Source: Nitrospirota bacterium (GTDB lineage Bacteria; Nitrospirota; UBA9217). From it: a stretch of 64,000 bases of DNA. Positions 38,442 through 48,228 of the stretch are shown one piece after another. The stretch covers positions 14,644 through 78,643 of the forward strand of contig JBARBN010000228.1 of NCBI GenBank assembly GCA_049793155.1, written 5' to 3'. The notes below the pieces were generated by a model. The model searched no databases. It worked only from the letters and a program-made list of their open reading frames with translations, and had not been told where the DNA came from. How positions within the stretch are numbered: the stretch's first letter is position 1; each line of letters starts with the position of its first letter. The position numbers and the translations under genes are program-made.

Positions 38442-41400
38442 CTAAGAATGACGCCGTCTCCGGGATATATATCCTGCCAGCATCGCTACCGTCGCCATCA
38501 TCCCCCATATCCCGAGGGCCGGGACCGAATCCGCCTGCGATGCTGAGATCGTCATCGATCCAGCGGCGCTTCCCTGATAGTTGGGGTCGCTGATCGTCGC
38601 GACCACGGTGTAATTGCCCATGGCGGACGGAGCAGTGGCAGAACCATTGTAGGTCACCGTAACAGCACGTCCGGCAGGATTAGTGGTTACTGTAACACTC
38701 TTGGCCGAGCCGTCGTAGGTGAAGCTCATTGTACCCAGTGTGACAATCGCCGATGCTTTATCGATCGTGTAGGTGCCGCCGGCCAAGCCGGAATAGCCTG
38801 GCTGGGCAACTGTTGCCGAAACGGCGTACGCTCCCGCGTTGACCGGAACAGTGATGCCGCCGTTGTAGGTCACGTTGGTTAATAGTCCCGGCGGAATCGT
38901 GGTCACGCTGACCGGCTTTGCCGTTCCATCGAATGTGGCTGACAATGCGCCGAGAGTCATGATCGCTTCCGTTGTATAGGGCGGTGCGGCAGTGTAGTGC
39001 ACAGAAGACTGTGCGGCAGCGGGTGTCGGTTCCACATTATTGTTACTGTCAATTGCCTGGCTGTAGAACTCGTAATAGCCATAGCCCTGCGAATAATTAA
39101 ATGTTGCCGTATACGGCGCTGTCGTACTGGTTGCAAACTGCGTCCAGGCACTCCAGGATGTGTTGTCCGAGGAATAGCGGTAGTAGAACTTCACTTGCGC
39201 TATGGTCGCGCCGGAGGCCTGCGTATTTATCTGCAATACCGGTCCATTGCTGCCGTACTCCTTGGCGTCAAAGCCATAGCTTGGCGGTGTAGCGTCAGTC
39301 GAGCTTTCAGTTACAGGCTTGACGACAAGAGAGATGAGTTTATTGCCGCCCCACTTGGTCTGGGCAAAGGATGTGACATCCCACTGATACCAGATATTGC
39401 TCGTAGCGGAATCAAGGGTCTGGGTGGAAACTGCAGCTCCGAGAGCCGGTTGGGTGTTCCAGGTAATGCCGGTCTCTGTCCAGGTGTCGTCAGAGCCGCC
39501 ACGTACTTCGGCCGGCATTGGCGCTCCGGCAACCTTCCAGTTCCAGAGCTGGAGATTTGCGCTGGTAATGGTTGCGCCTGCCGGGATTGCGGAAAGATCG
39601 AACCTCAACCAGCCCCGCTCATTGCCGTAGCCGGCTGCGGCGCTTTGTACATACAGGTTAGTGCCGGACCCGTAATTGGTAGTCGGGTTTCCGCTGGCAA
39701 CCTGGGCATCGGCCACTGGTGTGAGGAAGTATGTTCCTGCGCTTGAAGAGGCGGATGCTGTCAGCGTGATTGGTGAGACGGTCGTCCCGGCCGGCGTAGA
39801 GTCTACTCTGGACGAAACAACGGAGGCCTCCGGTAAGCTTGAATTGGTTGTCGAGACGTTATCGCACCGGAACCTCAGCCCGTAGTTCTCCATGGTCGGG
39901 ACACCGGAAACGAGAAGTATATCCCCCACATTGCCAGGGACGGTCTTGTTCGCATAGCCGGTCGCGTCCATGAGCGTTATCGTCTGACCGTTCTGGTCGC
40001 TTACGGAGTTGGCGCCGGCTTTCCTGGCCAGGAACTCGACGTAGTGGTTCTTGGACTGGTCATTCCAGAAAGCGCCAATGGACGACATGAAGGCCGGCTT
40101 AGCCAGGCTGGCGTCGTGGCCGACGATATTGAATTCGACGCCATCGGAGTAGATCCCTTCCTGGTCAACAAATTCCGGGTTGCCGCCGTAGAAACTCCCC
40201 TTGCCCCAGGTTTCGATGATGTCTCCCGGTTTGAGGACACCGGTTTTGAAACCAAGGAAGCTGCGGTACATCTCCTGTTCAGCCAGATGATGCGCCGGAT
40301 TGATCGTACCATCGGCGTTGACCAGGTCTGTCGGGACCTGCTGAGAGCCGCGGCGCGCAAGGGTCTCGGGCGTGGCGCTCAGGAATCGGATGAAGGCGTC
40401 CTCGAAGGTCGTCTTGGTGTCGTTGTCGTTCATCATGGTGACGACCGCGCGGAAACCTCCCGAGAACTCGGTGTTCAGGTGATACCGTGGACCGCCGACC
40501 TGGTAGGCGTTGGCCTGGTCCGAATGCTGGCTCCGCATGAAATCAACGATCCCTTCGCGGCAGAGATAGGTCGAGGTGAGCGGGGCCGTGTCGGCCCAGG
40601 TCCAGTTGGCAGGAGGATGGGCATACATGTAGTTGTTGATCGCCACGGTATAGGTCTGATTCAGGTTGATCGGCTGACCATTGAACTTGACGCTCGCCGG
40701 TGTGCCATCATAGGCGGTCACATCCAGAGCGCTGGAGAAACCGGCGTTCATATTGGTTACCTTCAAAAAATTTACGATCTCCTGACCGCTCATGTTGACT
40801 CGATAGAAAGAGTCGTCGTTCCAGGGGAAGGTCTCGTAGATCTGCAAATAGGTTACCGGTCCGGCGGGGATATCGGCGCGGACACCGCCGCCGGCCTCGA
40901 TGGCGAGATCGGTTTGTCCAAAGAGCTGCTCGGACTTCCAGCGCATGGCGTCGCAGATCCACTGGCCCGCGGTATTGTTGCCGCTCCAGGGGTATTCGTC
41001 CGCCGACCACCATTTCATGTCATTGTCGAGCATCAGGTCGTCGGCAGTGTAGCCGACGACTTCATCCACCGGGTGGCCGGGGTGGTCGTTATTGTATTGT
41101 GTGGTCAGATCATTGAGCAGCGTCTGCACATCCGGGTCGGGTGAGATGTCTGCATCGCGGATCACGTGATTCGTGGCGCTGAAGTACTTGCCCGTGTCGG
41201 TCAACTGCAGTTCGCCGATGTATTTCATATAACTGTTCGCTTCGGTGAAGATCGTTTTGTAATTGAGCATCTCCGGCTGCCAGACGGTGTCGGCAATCGT
41301 GTGCCAGTGCCCGGTGACAACTACCTCGGGGAGTTTGGCCGCTCCGTTATCGGCCAGCACCGGTGCGGTCGGATCGACCAGGGCGCTGTGTCCGCTGTGC

Positions 41401-42947
41401 GCGGCAAGAATGACAAGATCGACATTATTGGGAGCATTGCGCAGCTCATTCACATAGTCGGACATATTGCACACAGCGCTGCCGCTCCATGCGCAGGGAA
41501 CGACTTCCAGGATATCGGCAAGGGTCGGCCCTATTTCCGCCGTATCGATGGTGTAGCCGATGATGCCGATCTTTTTACCATTGATCGTAACGACGTTGGA
41601 TGCGGCGAAGTACGGAAGGTGAGTATTTTTGTCCCGAACATTGACCGAAAGCACGGGTACACCGGAATTCCTGAGCGAGGTCAGATTGCTGATGTAGTTT
41701 ATATCGCGGACATCATGGTTGCCGACAACGACCGCGTCCATGCCGCGTCCGCGCTGGGCATTCAGTTTATTGGAGAGCAGGGTATAGAACATCGTCATAC
41801 TGCCATTGCCGTTCATATCGCCGATTGGGTTTCCCTCGGAGATATCACCTGCATCGATGACCAGCGAGTTCGGTTGAGCCGCGGTAAGCTGCAGCATTTC
41901 GGCGGCCAGGTAGGCCGCACCGCCTACGTCTTCAAACTGGCCGGAACCGGTCCCGTGGGCCGGGATGATCATCTTGTGCGGCGTCACCCGGGCATGGGTG
42001 TCGTTCACGTGGAAGATTGTCAAACCGGCTGAGGTCGCGGTAAAGTTCGCGGTGCAGGACTTGTTGTCCTCCATGACCACGGTGATCGTGGCGCTGCTGC
42101 TGCTCGAACAACCGCTCCACCCGCTGAACGCGGAGTTGTTCCCTGCTGTGGCGGTGATGACGGCGTTGCTCCCCGAGGTATATGGGTTGGCGACACCGGA
42201 TATGGTTCCGCTGCCGTTGCCCGCCGTGGCGGTGGTCAGCGTGTAATTCTGGGTTGCCTGGCCATCGGCAACGGTCCCCTGTATCTCAAAATCGCCGGCC
42301 GTGGTGTTGGCGACATCGAAGATATACCAGGTGCCGCTTGCTCCGCCTCCATAGTTGACTATCCGGAAGGTCACGGCCGTTCCGGCTGGAACGTTTTGTA
42401 ATGCGCTAATCGCTGAGAGGTCAATAGCTGCCAGCGAGGCCCCCGAGGACGCGCTGGAAGAATAGCCTAACGTTGTTATGTCGGCAAAAGCACCTGTCCC
42501 CACCTGGTACTGGAGAACGCCGTTTGCAGGTCCGGTTCCAGAGCGCCGGTAGTCGAATTTGCTGATCGAGCTGAACGAGACCTGCTTGCCGGTGTTAGCC
42601 GTGATCGTGAAGGAGGCAAACTTGTTGTCGGTAACGGCCGCAGCAGCATTTGCACTGTTCCAGGCAACGCCCCCCCAGGCCCGTGCGGCGCCGGAGCCGG
42701 TAATACCGACACCCGAGCCGCGGGTCAGGCCGACGACGGTCAGGTTTGGATCGCTCACCGACGCGGCCAGCGGCGAAGGCCCAAAATTATTGGTACCCCC
42801 GGGGAGGGCATGAACATCAAAGCCCGCCAGGGTGGCCGCGAAAACAGACCCGGCAACCGCCGTCAGCCCGAGGGTAATGATAAGGAAAGCAATTAAAAAT
42901 CTTTTAAGATGGGCTGCAAAGATCCGGTTGCCTGAATGCATGGTCAT
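38442..42947 (-). CDS. Giant (1501 aa) multidomain cell-surface 5'-nucleotidase/metallophosphoesterase with an exosortase sorting signal
   Basis: Signal peptide. InlB-B-repeat-like segment (TLTTATAGNGSGTISGV...AFSGWSGC). Calcineurin-like metallophosphatase motifs HVNDTHAR, DAGDISEG and GNHDVRD. DNRLRE-like domain (LYVQSAAAGYGNERGWLRFDLSAIPAGATITSANLQLW). Two MBG-like repeats. The C-terminus ...SVPALGIWGMMATVAMLAGYISRRRRHS carries the sorting tail. Confidence 0.75.
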   Translation of the reverse strand: MTMHSGNRIFAAHLKRFLIAFLIITLGLTAVAGSVFAATLAGFDVHALPGGTNNFGPSPLAASVSDPNLTVVGLTRGSGVGITGSGAARAWGGVAWNSANAAAAVTDNKFASFTITANTGKQVSFSSISKFDYRRSGTGPANGVLQYQVGTGAFADITTLGYSSSASSGASLAAIDLSAISALQNVPAGTAVTFRIVNYGGGASGTWYIFDVANTTAGDFEIQGTVADGQATQNYTLTTATAGNGSGTISGVANPYTSGSNAVITATAGNNSAFSGWSGCSSSSSATITVVMEDNKSCTANFTATSAGLTIFHVNDTHARVTPHKMIIPAHGTGSGQFEDVGGAAYLAAEMLQLTAAQPNSLVIDAGDISEGNPIGDMNGNGSMTMFYTLLSNKLNAQRGRGMDAVVVGNHDVRDINYISNLTSLRNSGVPVLSVNVRDKNTHLPYFAASNVVTINGKKIGIIGYTIDTAEIGPTLADILEVVPCAWSGSAVCNMSDYVNELRNAPNNVDLVILAAHSGHSALVDPTAPVLADNGAAKLPEVVVTGHWHTIADTVWQPEMLNYKTIFTEANSYMKYIGELQLTDTGKYFSATNHVIRDADISPDPDVQTLLNDLTTQYNNDHPGHPVDEVVGYTADDLMLDNDMKWWSADEYPWSGNNTAGQWICDAMRWKSEQLFGQTDLAIEAGGGVRADIPAGPVTYLQIYETFPWNDDSFYRVNMSGQEIVNFLKVTNMNAGFSSALDVTAYDGTPASVKFNGQPINLNQTYTVAINNYMYAHPPANWTWADTAPLTSTYLCREGIVDFMRSQHSDQANAYQVGGPRYHLNTEFSGGFRAVVTMMNDNDTKTTFEDAFIRFLSATPETLARRGSQQVPTDLVNADGTINPAHHLAEQEMYRSFLGFKTGVLKPGDIIETWGKGSFYGGNPEFVDQEGIYSDGVEFNIVGHDASLAKPAFMSSIGAFWNDQSKNHYVEFLARKAGANSVSDQNGQTITLMDATGYANKTVPGNVGDILLVSGVPTMENYGLRFRCDNVSTTNSSLPEASVVSSRVDSTPAGTTVSPITLTASASSSAGTYFLTPVADAQVASGNPTTNYGSGTNLYVQSAAAGYGNERGWLRFDLSAIPAGATITSANLQLWNWKVAGAPMPAEVRGGSDDTWTETGITWNTQPALGAAVSTQTLDSATSNIWYQWDVTSFAQTKWGGNKLISLVVKPVTESSTDATPPSYGFDAKEYGSNGPVLQINTQASGATIAQVKFYYRYSSDNTSWSAWTQFATSTTAPYTATFNYSQGYGYYEFYSQAIDSNNNVEPTPAAAQSSVHYTAAPPYTTEAIMTLGALSATFDGTAKPVSVTTIPPGLLTNVTYNGGITVPVNAGAYAVSATVAQPGYSGLAGGTYTIDKASAIVTLGTMSFTYDGSAKSVTVTTNPAGRAVTVTYNGSATAPSAMGNYTVVATISDPNYQGSAAGSMTISASQADSVPALGIWGMMATVAMLAGYISRRRRHS

Positions 42948-42971
42948 CCTCCGAAAATAATTGTAAGGTGC

Positions 42972-43448
42972 CTACTCAGCATGGGCCATCACACTCTTCC
43001 GGACGACAGGAACCTGCTCCGGCATGCCCTTGCCCAGCGCTTCTTGCACGATCCTGAGGAGTTCGAACGTGTTCACGGGCTTGATAATGTATTCGAAGAT
43101 GCCTGGATCAACAGCCTTGGAATAACTGTCGATATCACCGTGTTCGACAAGAAGGACCATCGGGACATCGGGATGCTGACGCTTCAGTGCTTCAACTAAT
43201 TCCAGACCGTTTATGCCTGGCAAGCGATAGTCGGTTATGACGAGATCGAACCTCCTGACGCCGAGGATCGAAAAATGGTGCGCTGATGGTGCATCATAAA
43301 AGACAGCGATGCCGTAGCCCTTCCTGCGCAGTACCTCTGACATGTACTTCAAGCGTACATGGTCGTTATCGACCAGGAGGACCGTCTGCTGACCCTCGCA
43401 TGCGGGCGATCCGTCCGGGTCGTGCATACTGTTAAGATGATCATTCAT
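42972..43448 (-). CDS. Single-domain response regulator (CheY-like receiver)
   Basis: VLLVDNDHV...FDLVITDYRLPGINGLELVEALK...PMVLLVEHGD gives the phospho-acceptor Asp context and a conserved Lys region. Confidence 0.75.
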   Translation of the reverse strand: MNDHLNSMHDPDGSPACEGQQTVLLVDNDHVRLKYMSEVLRRKGYGIAVFYDAPSAHHFSILGVRRFDLVITDYRLPGINGLELVEALKRQHPDVPMVLLVEHGDIDSYSKAVDPGIFEYIIKPVNTFELLRIVQEALGKGMPEQVPVVRKSVMAHAE

Positions 43449-43683
43449 GTATTTTTAAAACCTCCCTATGATGCATGCCTCGATTCATTCCGACCGAGTT
43501 CATGATGTTGTCAGTACAGCGACCGGCATCAATCGTCAAATCGAACACCGGAATTCGCTTACGATATAACCCGGACCGGAGTCGAAACCCGGTCCGGGCA
43601 GTGTTCAGCGGAAGTCGTGATCCCCAGTGGCAGCATGGCCTTGATTTAATTTGGAGGGCATTGACTATTTGCTGAAACTCTTA

Positions 43684-44376
43684 TTAGCTCTGTTTTCTTC
43701 TCATTTCTATCAACCCCGCGAGGCCTGAACCGAAAAGCCATACTGCGGCCGGAATCGGGGTGGCAACAGGGTTTGGATCAGGTGTGCCGGCGATAAAGAT
43801 GGTATTGCCGCCGGCATCAGTGGTACGAATGGCCGCAGTGGTAGTGCTCGGATTGGCGGTCATCCTGGGATAGAGGCTGAAGTTTGCCGTTGTTCCATAG
43901 CCGACGAGATCAACGAGGTTGGCGGACGTTGCAACGGTGCTTGCGCCGGTTGCAGTCGTATCGAACAATGCCAGCTTACCCGCGGTAGCGGACAAGTTGA
44001 GACCAGCGAAAGTACCCAGGGTCAGATCATAAGCCGGGTCGGGTGCCGTGCCGACGAGGCCCGTTCCCCGTCCTTCTTGAATGAGAAAATAGCTGTTTGG
44101 ATTGATGATACCGGACAGGTTGTGCGAGTTCGATGGGCCAAAAGTCGTTGTATTGGTAGCACTTGCATACTGGAGGCTGTAGCCGCTCAGATCGATCGCA
44201 GAAGTCCCGTCATTGTACAACTGGACCCAATCGTTGCTATACAGAGGATTAGTACTCGTTGCGCCGCCTCCCCCGTAGATCTGGCTGATGACAAGATCCG
44301 CATGGGCGGACTGGGGCGCTGCCATCAGCATTACCGTGAACATAACTGCTGTCAGTGTTAGCATTACCCTTTTCAT
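43684..44376 (-). CDS. Secreted protein with a VPLPA-type PEP-CTERM sorting signal
   Basis: Signal peptide MKRVMLTLTAVMFTVMLMAAPQSAHA. C-terminus ...VATPIPAAVWLFGSGLAGLIEMRRKQS. Confidence 0.65.
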   Translation of the reverse strand: MKRVMLTLTAVMFTVMLMAAPQSAHADLVISQIYGGGGATSTNPLYSNDWVQLYNDGTSAIDLSGYSLQYASATNTTTFGPSNSHNLSGIINPNSYFLIQEGRGTGLVGTAPDPAYDLTLGTFAGLNLSATAGKLALFDTTATGASTVATSANLVDLVGYGTTANFSLYPRMTANPSTTTAAIRTTDAGGNTIFIAGTPDPNPVATPIPAAVWLFGSGLAGLIEMRRKQS

Positions 44377-44440
44377 TGTACTTCTCCTTTTGTTATTAAA
44401 TTATTCGCCTGGTAGGGCGATAGAACCTGGCAAAATAAAA

Positions 44441-44481
44441 AAACCCGGAGAAGAACCTCAACAGGTTCGTTTTCCGGGTTT
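44441..44481 (-). terminator. Terminator-like hairpin in the leader of the VPLPA-CTERM gene 43684..44376
   Basis: AAACCCGGAGAA-gaacctcaacaggttcg-TTTTCCGGGTTT. In the minus direction it is followed by UUUUUUAUUUUGCC. It sits between array E and the ATG, just after the conserved box GGGCCCTTTGCTGACC. Confidence 0.5.
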
Positions 44482-44552
44482 TCTGTTTCCTTTATAAGGT
44501 CAGCAAAGGGCCCATGTCTGATTACGAATTCTTGCGTATTAAATCATATTTT

Positions 44553-44595
44553 CATTACAAGATGATGAAGGATCCGTTAATTTGCCGTTAAATTA
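44553..44595 (-). promoter_or_regulatory. Direct-repeat array E upstream of the VPLPA-CTERM gene 43684..44376
   Basis: cATTACAAgatgaTGAAGGatcc GTTAATTtgcc GTTAAATT. A TATGAT -10-like element follows in the minus direction. Confidence 0.45.
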
Positions 44596-44937
44596 TCTTT
44601 GGCAGCTGTTAATTTTAACTTGCCTGCAAGTTATCTCCCTTTTCCTTTTAAGAAGTTTGAAGCCCTCTTTCCCCGTGGTATACCCATGGGATAGAGGGTC
44701 AGCATAATGCCGGGCACCGCGCCGGGCAGCCAGATACAGGGAGCATTGCTTCCGATCGCGGCAATGAAATGTAGCTTCTCAGTAAGCTCCAATTCCAGGC
44801 TTTAATACCAATTTCGAACTATTCCATTATTTCTTACTCCCCTATGGTTTTCTCAGTGCGCCAAATATAAGAAAGCAATATGGTCATGCGCTCTGTCAGG
44901 GACGTTTTATTCTCAAACGGGCCGCCTCCCCTCACCC

Positions 44938-46356
44938 TTATATCGGCAGCAGCTTCAGGTTGAACCCCCGCTCGATAAGCCAGGTAAAACCCAGCAGGAA
45001 TATGGCAAGCGACACGCCGATGGTCACTTTTCTGAATTCTAACTTATTTTTGAGCAGGTACAAAACCGGCAGCAGTACCAGGAAGATCATCAATTGCCCT
45101 ATTTCCACACCCAGGTTGAACGAGACCACCGATACCAGCAAATTCGATTTCCCGACGATCAGGTCCTGGAGAACGCTTGCAAAGCCGAAGCCGTGGACCA
45201 GCCCGAACCCGAACGTCACGAGCCAGCGGTAATTCACCTTCTTCTTGTACAGGTTTTCAAGCGCGACAAAGCAAATGGAAAAGGCTATCACCGATTCCAC
45301 GATCCGGGAATTCAGACTAACAACCTGCGTTGCCGCCAGGAGCAGGGTTATGCTGTGCGCTACGGTAAATGCCGTGATTATCTTCAACACTTCCCTGATC
45401 GACAGCCCGATGACGATGAGCGCGAGCAGAAACGCTATGTGGTCGTAGCCCGTCAGAATATGCTCGATGCCGAGCACGATGAATTCGCCTATGTTCGCCC
45501 ATTGGGACCGTTTTGCAGGCATGTTCGCAACAGTATCGGGAGAGGTCGCGGCTGAAAGAGATTTTGATAAAACAGAAAGATTTCTCTCTACTATCCGTTC
45601 GGCCGGAAGCGCCCCGGCAATCCGACGGGAGATTTTTTTTGAGCCGGAATTCAGCGCGTTTGCGATGCCGCTTTTCGCGGCGATTGCAGCCCTGTTTTGT
45701 CCGGCAATATCTTTTATACTGCTTGATCCGACGTTGACAGCGTGGTTGTCAGCTTTCGGCGCTGCGGCGGGCTCCTGTGCAACGCCTTTGACGGACATTT
45801 CCCATACCGGAGCGTTATGGTCAAAGGTGGTCTGCATCGCTGGCGGGGAGAAATCAAAGACCTTTTGCAGTTCAGCTCCTGTTGCCTCGGACAAATATCC
45901 ATAGGCGAGGTTCACGTGCGCATTGTTCGTCTCTTCAAACAATAGGGTGTAATCGATCCTCACAGGATTTACGGGGCTGGTAAAGCTGATATCATTTACT
46001 GACAGCCATATGGTATACAGGTTGCCGCTTCTGACTATCTTGTTTACCTTGGCCGGATATATCTTGCCGGCTACTGCTATGGAAAGTCTTTTGTCTATAT
46101 AAGGCTGCAGTATATCGGTTGCAATGTGCTGCAGTTGCTCATCGGTAAGCGAATCAAGATCAAAATGTCCCTCCTTTATTCCTTTTATTTCCGCTAATAA
46201 AGACGGACCGAGATCTATATTGCCGATAATAGTGTTTTTACCGAAACACCACCTTGAGCCGCCCATGGGCAGGTTGTGCGCGTGAACAGGAACGGTTATT
46301 AAACAGAGCAAACCCGTTATGAAGAATAAGAATAATTTTCTGAACGTCATAAACAC
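44938..46356 (-). CDS. HupE/UreJ-family (Ni/Co transporter-like) membrane protein with an N-terminal periplasmic domain
   Basis: The C-terminal half has HILTGYDHIAFLLALIVIG (HupE/UreJ H-x-x-x-G-x-DH motif) and 6 TM helices. The N-terminal about 250 aa is soluble and follows a signal peptide. Confidence 0.55.
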   Translation of the reverse strand: MFMTFRKLFLFFITGLLCLITVPVHAHNLPMGGSRWCFGKNTIIGNIDLGPSLLAEIKGIKEGHFDLDSLTDEQLQHIATDILQPYIDKRLSIAVAGKIYPAKVNKIVRSGNLYTIWLSVNDISFTSPVNPVRIDYTLLFEETNNAHVNLAYGYLSEATGAELQKVFDFSPPAMQTTFDHNAPVWEMSVKGVAQEPAAAPKADNHAVNVGSSSIKDIAGQNRAAIAAKSGIANALNSGSKKISRRIAGALPAERIVERNLSVLSKSLSAATSPDTVANMPAKRSQWANIGEFIVLGIEHILTGYDHIAFLLALIVIGLSIREVLKIITAFTVAHSITLLLAATQVVSLNSRIVESVIAFSICFVALENLYKKKVNYRWLVTFGFGLVHGFGFASVLQDLIVGKSNLLVSVVSFNLGVEIGQLMIFLVLLPVLYLLKNKLEFRKVTIGVSLAIFLLGFTWLIERGFNLKLLPI

Positions 46357-46405
46357 GAAAATACCTCCTTACTCAGTCCCGAGAGATCGTTCCTGAACGA
46401 AGGAC

Positions 46406-46996
46406 TCAACCTTCTTCAGATGAGAAGTGCATGCTCTTTTCTTTCGCCCACAGGAAAAGGATCAGGCCGGACAGCGCCAGTAAAAAGCTCAGCCCGCTCA
46501 TAGGCGGCAAGCCTCCGTTCCACTTCTGGACATTCAACGTATCTTTTAAGCCCATGGCAAAAAGATGGCCTGCAACCAGGGCGTATGCCAGGGCCGTGAA
46601 AGTCCGCCGAAGGTCCGGCGTCGTTTTGGCGGTGCGCAGGCGCCAGAAACAATAAACAGCCAACGCTCCCATGAGCAGCACCAGTTCTCCGGTCAGGCTC
46701 ATCTTGTCACCGTCAAAGAAATTGACGTAATATCCCTTCGAAAGAATCCCGAGCGAGAGAATGATGTGAACGAACACCAGCTGCGCACATGCATTCGTCC
46801 AGAAACGGGCTGCGTCCTTCTCTTCCCGCATGAGGCAGAGGGCAGCCATAAACATCGCCTCCACCCCCGTCATGCATATCGCTTTGTTCATGATATAGGC
46901 CGGCAGGTGATCCAGGGAAACATGGCCGAACCCGGCATATCGAATGACCGCATAGGCAAGCGTAAACACAAACGCCGTCAGAAATTGTTTGACCAT
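46406..46996 (-). CDS. Hypothetical polytopic membrane protein
   Basis: Five to six hydrophobic helices. No recognisable motif. Confidence 0.4.
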   Translation of the reverse strand: MVKQFLTAFVFTLAYAVIRYAGFGHVSLDHLPAYIMNKAICMTGVEAMFMAALCLMREEKDAARFWTNACAQLVFVHIILSLGILSKGYYVNFFDGDKMSLTGELVLLMGALAVYCFWRLRTAKTTPDLRRTFTALAYALVAGHLFAMGLKDTLNVQKWNGGLPPMSGLSFLLALSGLILFLWAKEKSMHFSSEEG

Positions 46997-47079
46997 TTTG
47001 TTCTCTTTTGTCGACTGTTTCACCATTTTTATCTCCTTTGCCGCAGGTTTTTAAAATATCCTGTCCCCATCTGACAACT

Positions 47080-48228
47080 TCACTCCGCCGTGTCCACGAA
47101 CGGGCACTCCGGGTCGGGAGCGAAGATGTCGCCGGAAACAAACCCGCTCACGGCGCGGCACCCTCCCTTGCAGATCTTGAGATAGTCGCATGATCGGCAG
47201 GGCTCCGGGGCCCGCTCGATCCAGCTGCGCAGACGAGAGAGGTGCTCGGACCCGTTCCACAGCCGGGGCAGGTCTAGAATGCTCTCTTCTCCTGACAAGA
47301 AGGAGCAACCCGCGAACCTGCCGTCGGAGCGGACCCCCACAAGAACATTGCCGGCCTCGCACCCGTAGACCGAAAGCTGCTCCATGGTCTTTTTGTCCGG
47401 CCTATGCCAGCAGAACATCGGAACGAAAGAGCAGTCGATCTTTACCGGTACCCGGTGTTCCAGGGAAAGGCGTCTGATCATCGGATAGAATTCCCGGTTC
47501 TGATCCCGTGTTAATCTCCTGTCAAAATAGTCCTGCTTCCCCCGTCCCTTGGGTTTTAAGCGAAGGAGTTCCACGTCGGCAAGTCCACGCTCCCCGGCAA
47601 AGCTGAGCACGCCGGCCAGTTGATCGAAATTCCGGCGCGTCACGACGCAGTTCAGTCCGACCTTGACACTGGCCTTCAAAAGCAGATCTACCGCTCGCAC
47701 CGCTGCCGCGAGAGCAGCTGGGTCCCGGTCTGTTCCTTCGGGGCTGTCGAGCCCGTCGATACTTACGTTGACCTGACCGAACACGCGGCACCGTGCGGCA
47801 ATTTCATTGGTCATTAAAAATCCATTCGTGGTCAGGTTGGGGACGATGCCGCGGCTGCGCACGTAGGCGGCCAATTCAAAAAAGTCGGGACGCTCCAGCG
47901 CTTCTCCGCCTCCCAGCGCCATGTGGAAAACACCCATCCCGGCCAGCAGGTCCACGGCCTTTCGGAAATCCCCCGTAGACAGCTCGTTCGCATCTTTTTC
48001 CCCCGAATCCATGTAGCAGTGCCCGCACCGCAGGAAACAGGAGTTGGTAACCGAAAAATGGACCTCAAGGGGAGCGGAGAGAAGACCATCTTCGGGTTTA
48101 TCCCACAGGGGGCTGTGCTTATGACCCAGGCTGCGCATGAAGTCTTGGTCCACGTGCACCAGCACCGGAGGATCTTCTAGGGCCAGTATCCCGCCGAACG
48201 ATTCGAACCGATGCTTCATAACGCTCAT
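47080..48228 (-). CDS. Radical SAM / SPASM-domain enzyme (peptide-maturase-like)
   Basis: CFLRCGHC is a Cx3Cx2C radical-SAM cluster motif. The C-terminal SPASM cysteines are CSFVPMFC...CEAGN...CSF and CRSCDYLKICKGGC. An N-terminal extension of about 60 aa precedes the core. Confidence 0.8.
   Translation of the reverse strand: MSVMKHRFESFGGILALEDPPVLVHVDQDFMRSLGHKHSPLWDKPEDGLLSAPLEVHFSVTNSCFLRCGHCYMDSGEKDANELSTGDFRKAVDLLAGMGVFHMALGGGEALERPDFFELAAYVRSRGIVPNLTTNGFLMTNEIAARCRVFGQVNVSIDGLDSPEGTDRDPAALAAAVRAVDLLLKASVKVGLNCVVTRRNFDQLAGVLSFAGERGLADVELLRLKPKGRGKQDYFDRRLTRDQNREFYPMIRRLSLEHRVPVKIDCSFVPMFCWHRPDKKTMEQLSVYGCEAGNVLVGVRSDGRFAGCSFLSGEESILDLPRLWNGSEHLSRLRSWIERAPEPCRSCDYLKICKGGCRAVSGFVSGDIFAPDPECPFVDTAE

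Noticed and set aside
40044-41144. Plus-strand ORF of 366 aa (and neighbours at 41166..42032 and 38997..39746)
   Set aside because: Antisense to the 1501-aa nucleotidase gene. Arg/Gly/Val-rich translation typical of the reverse frame of a GC-rich coding region.
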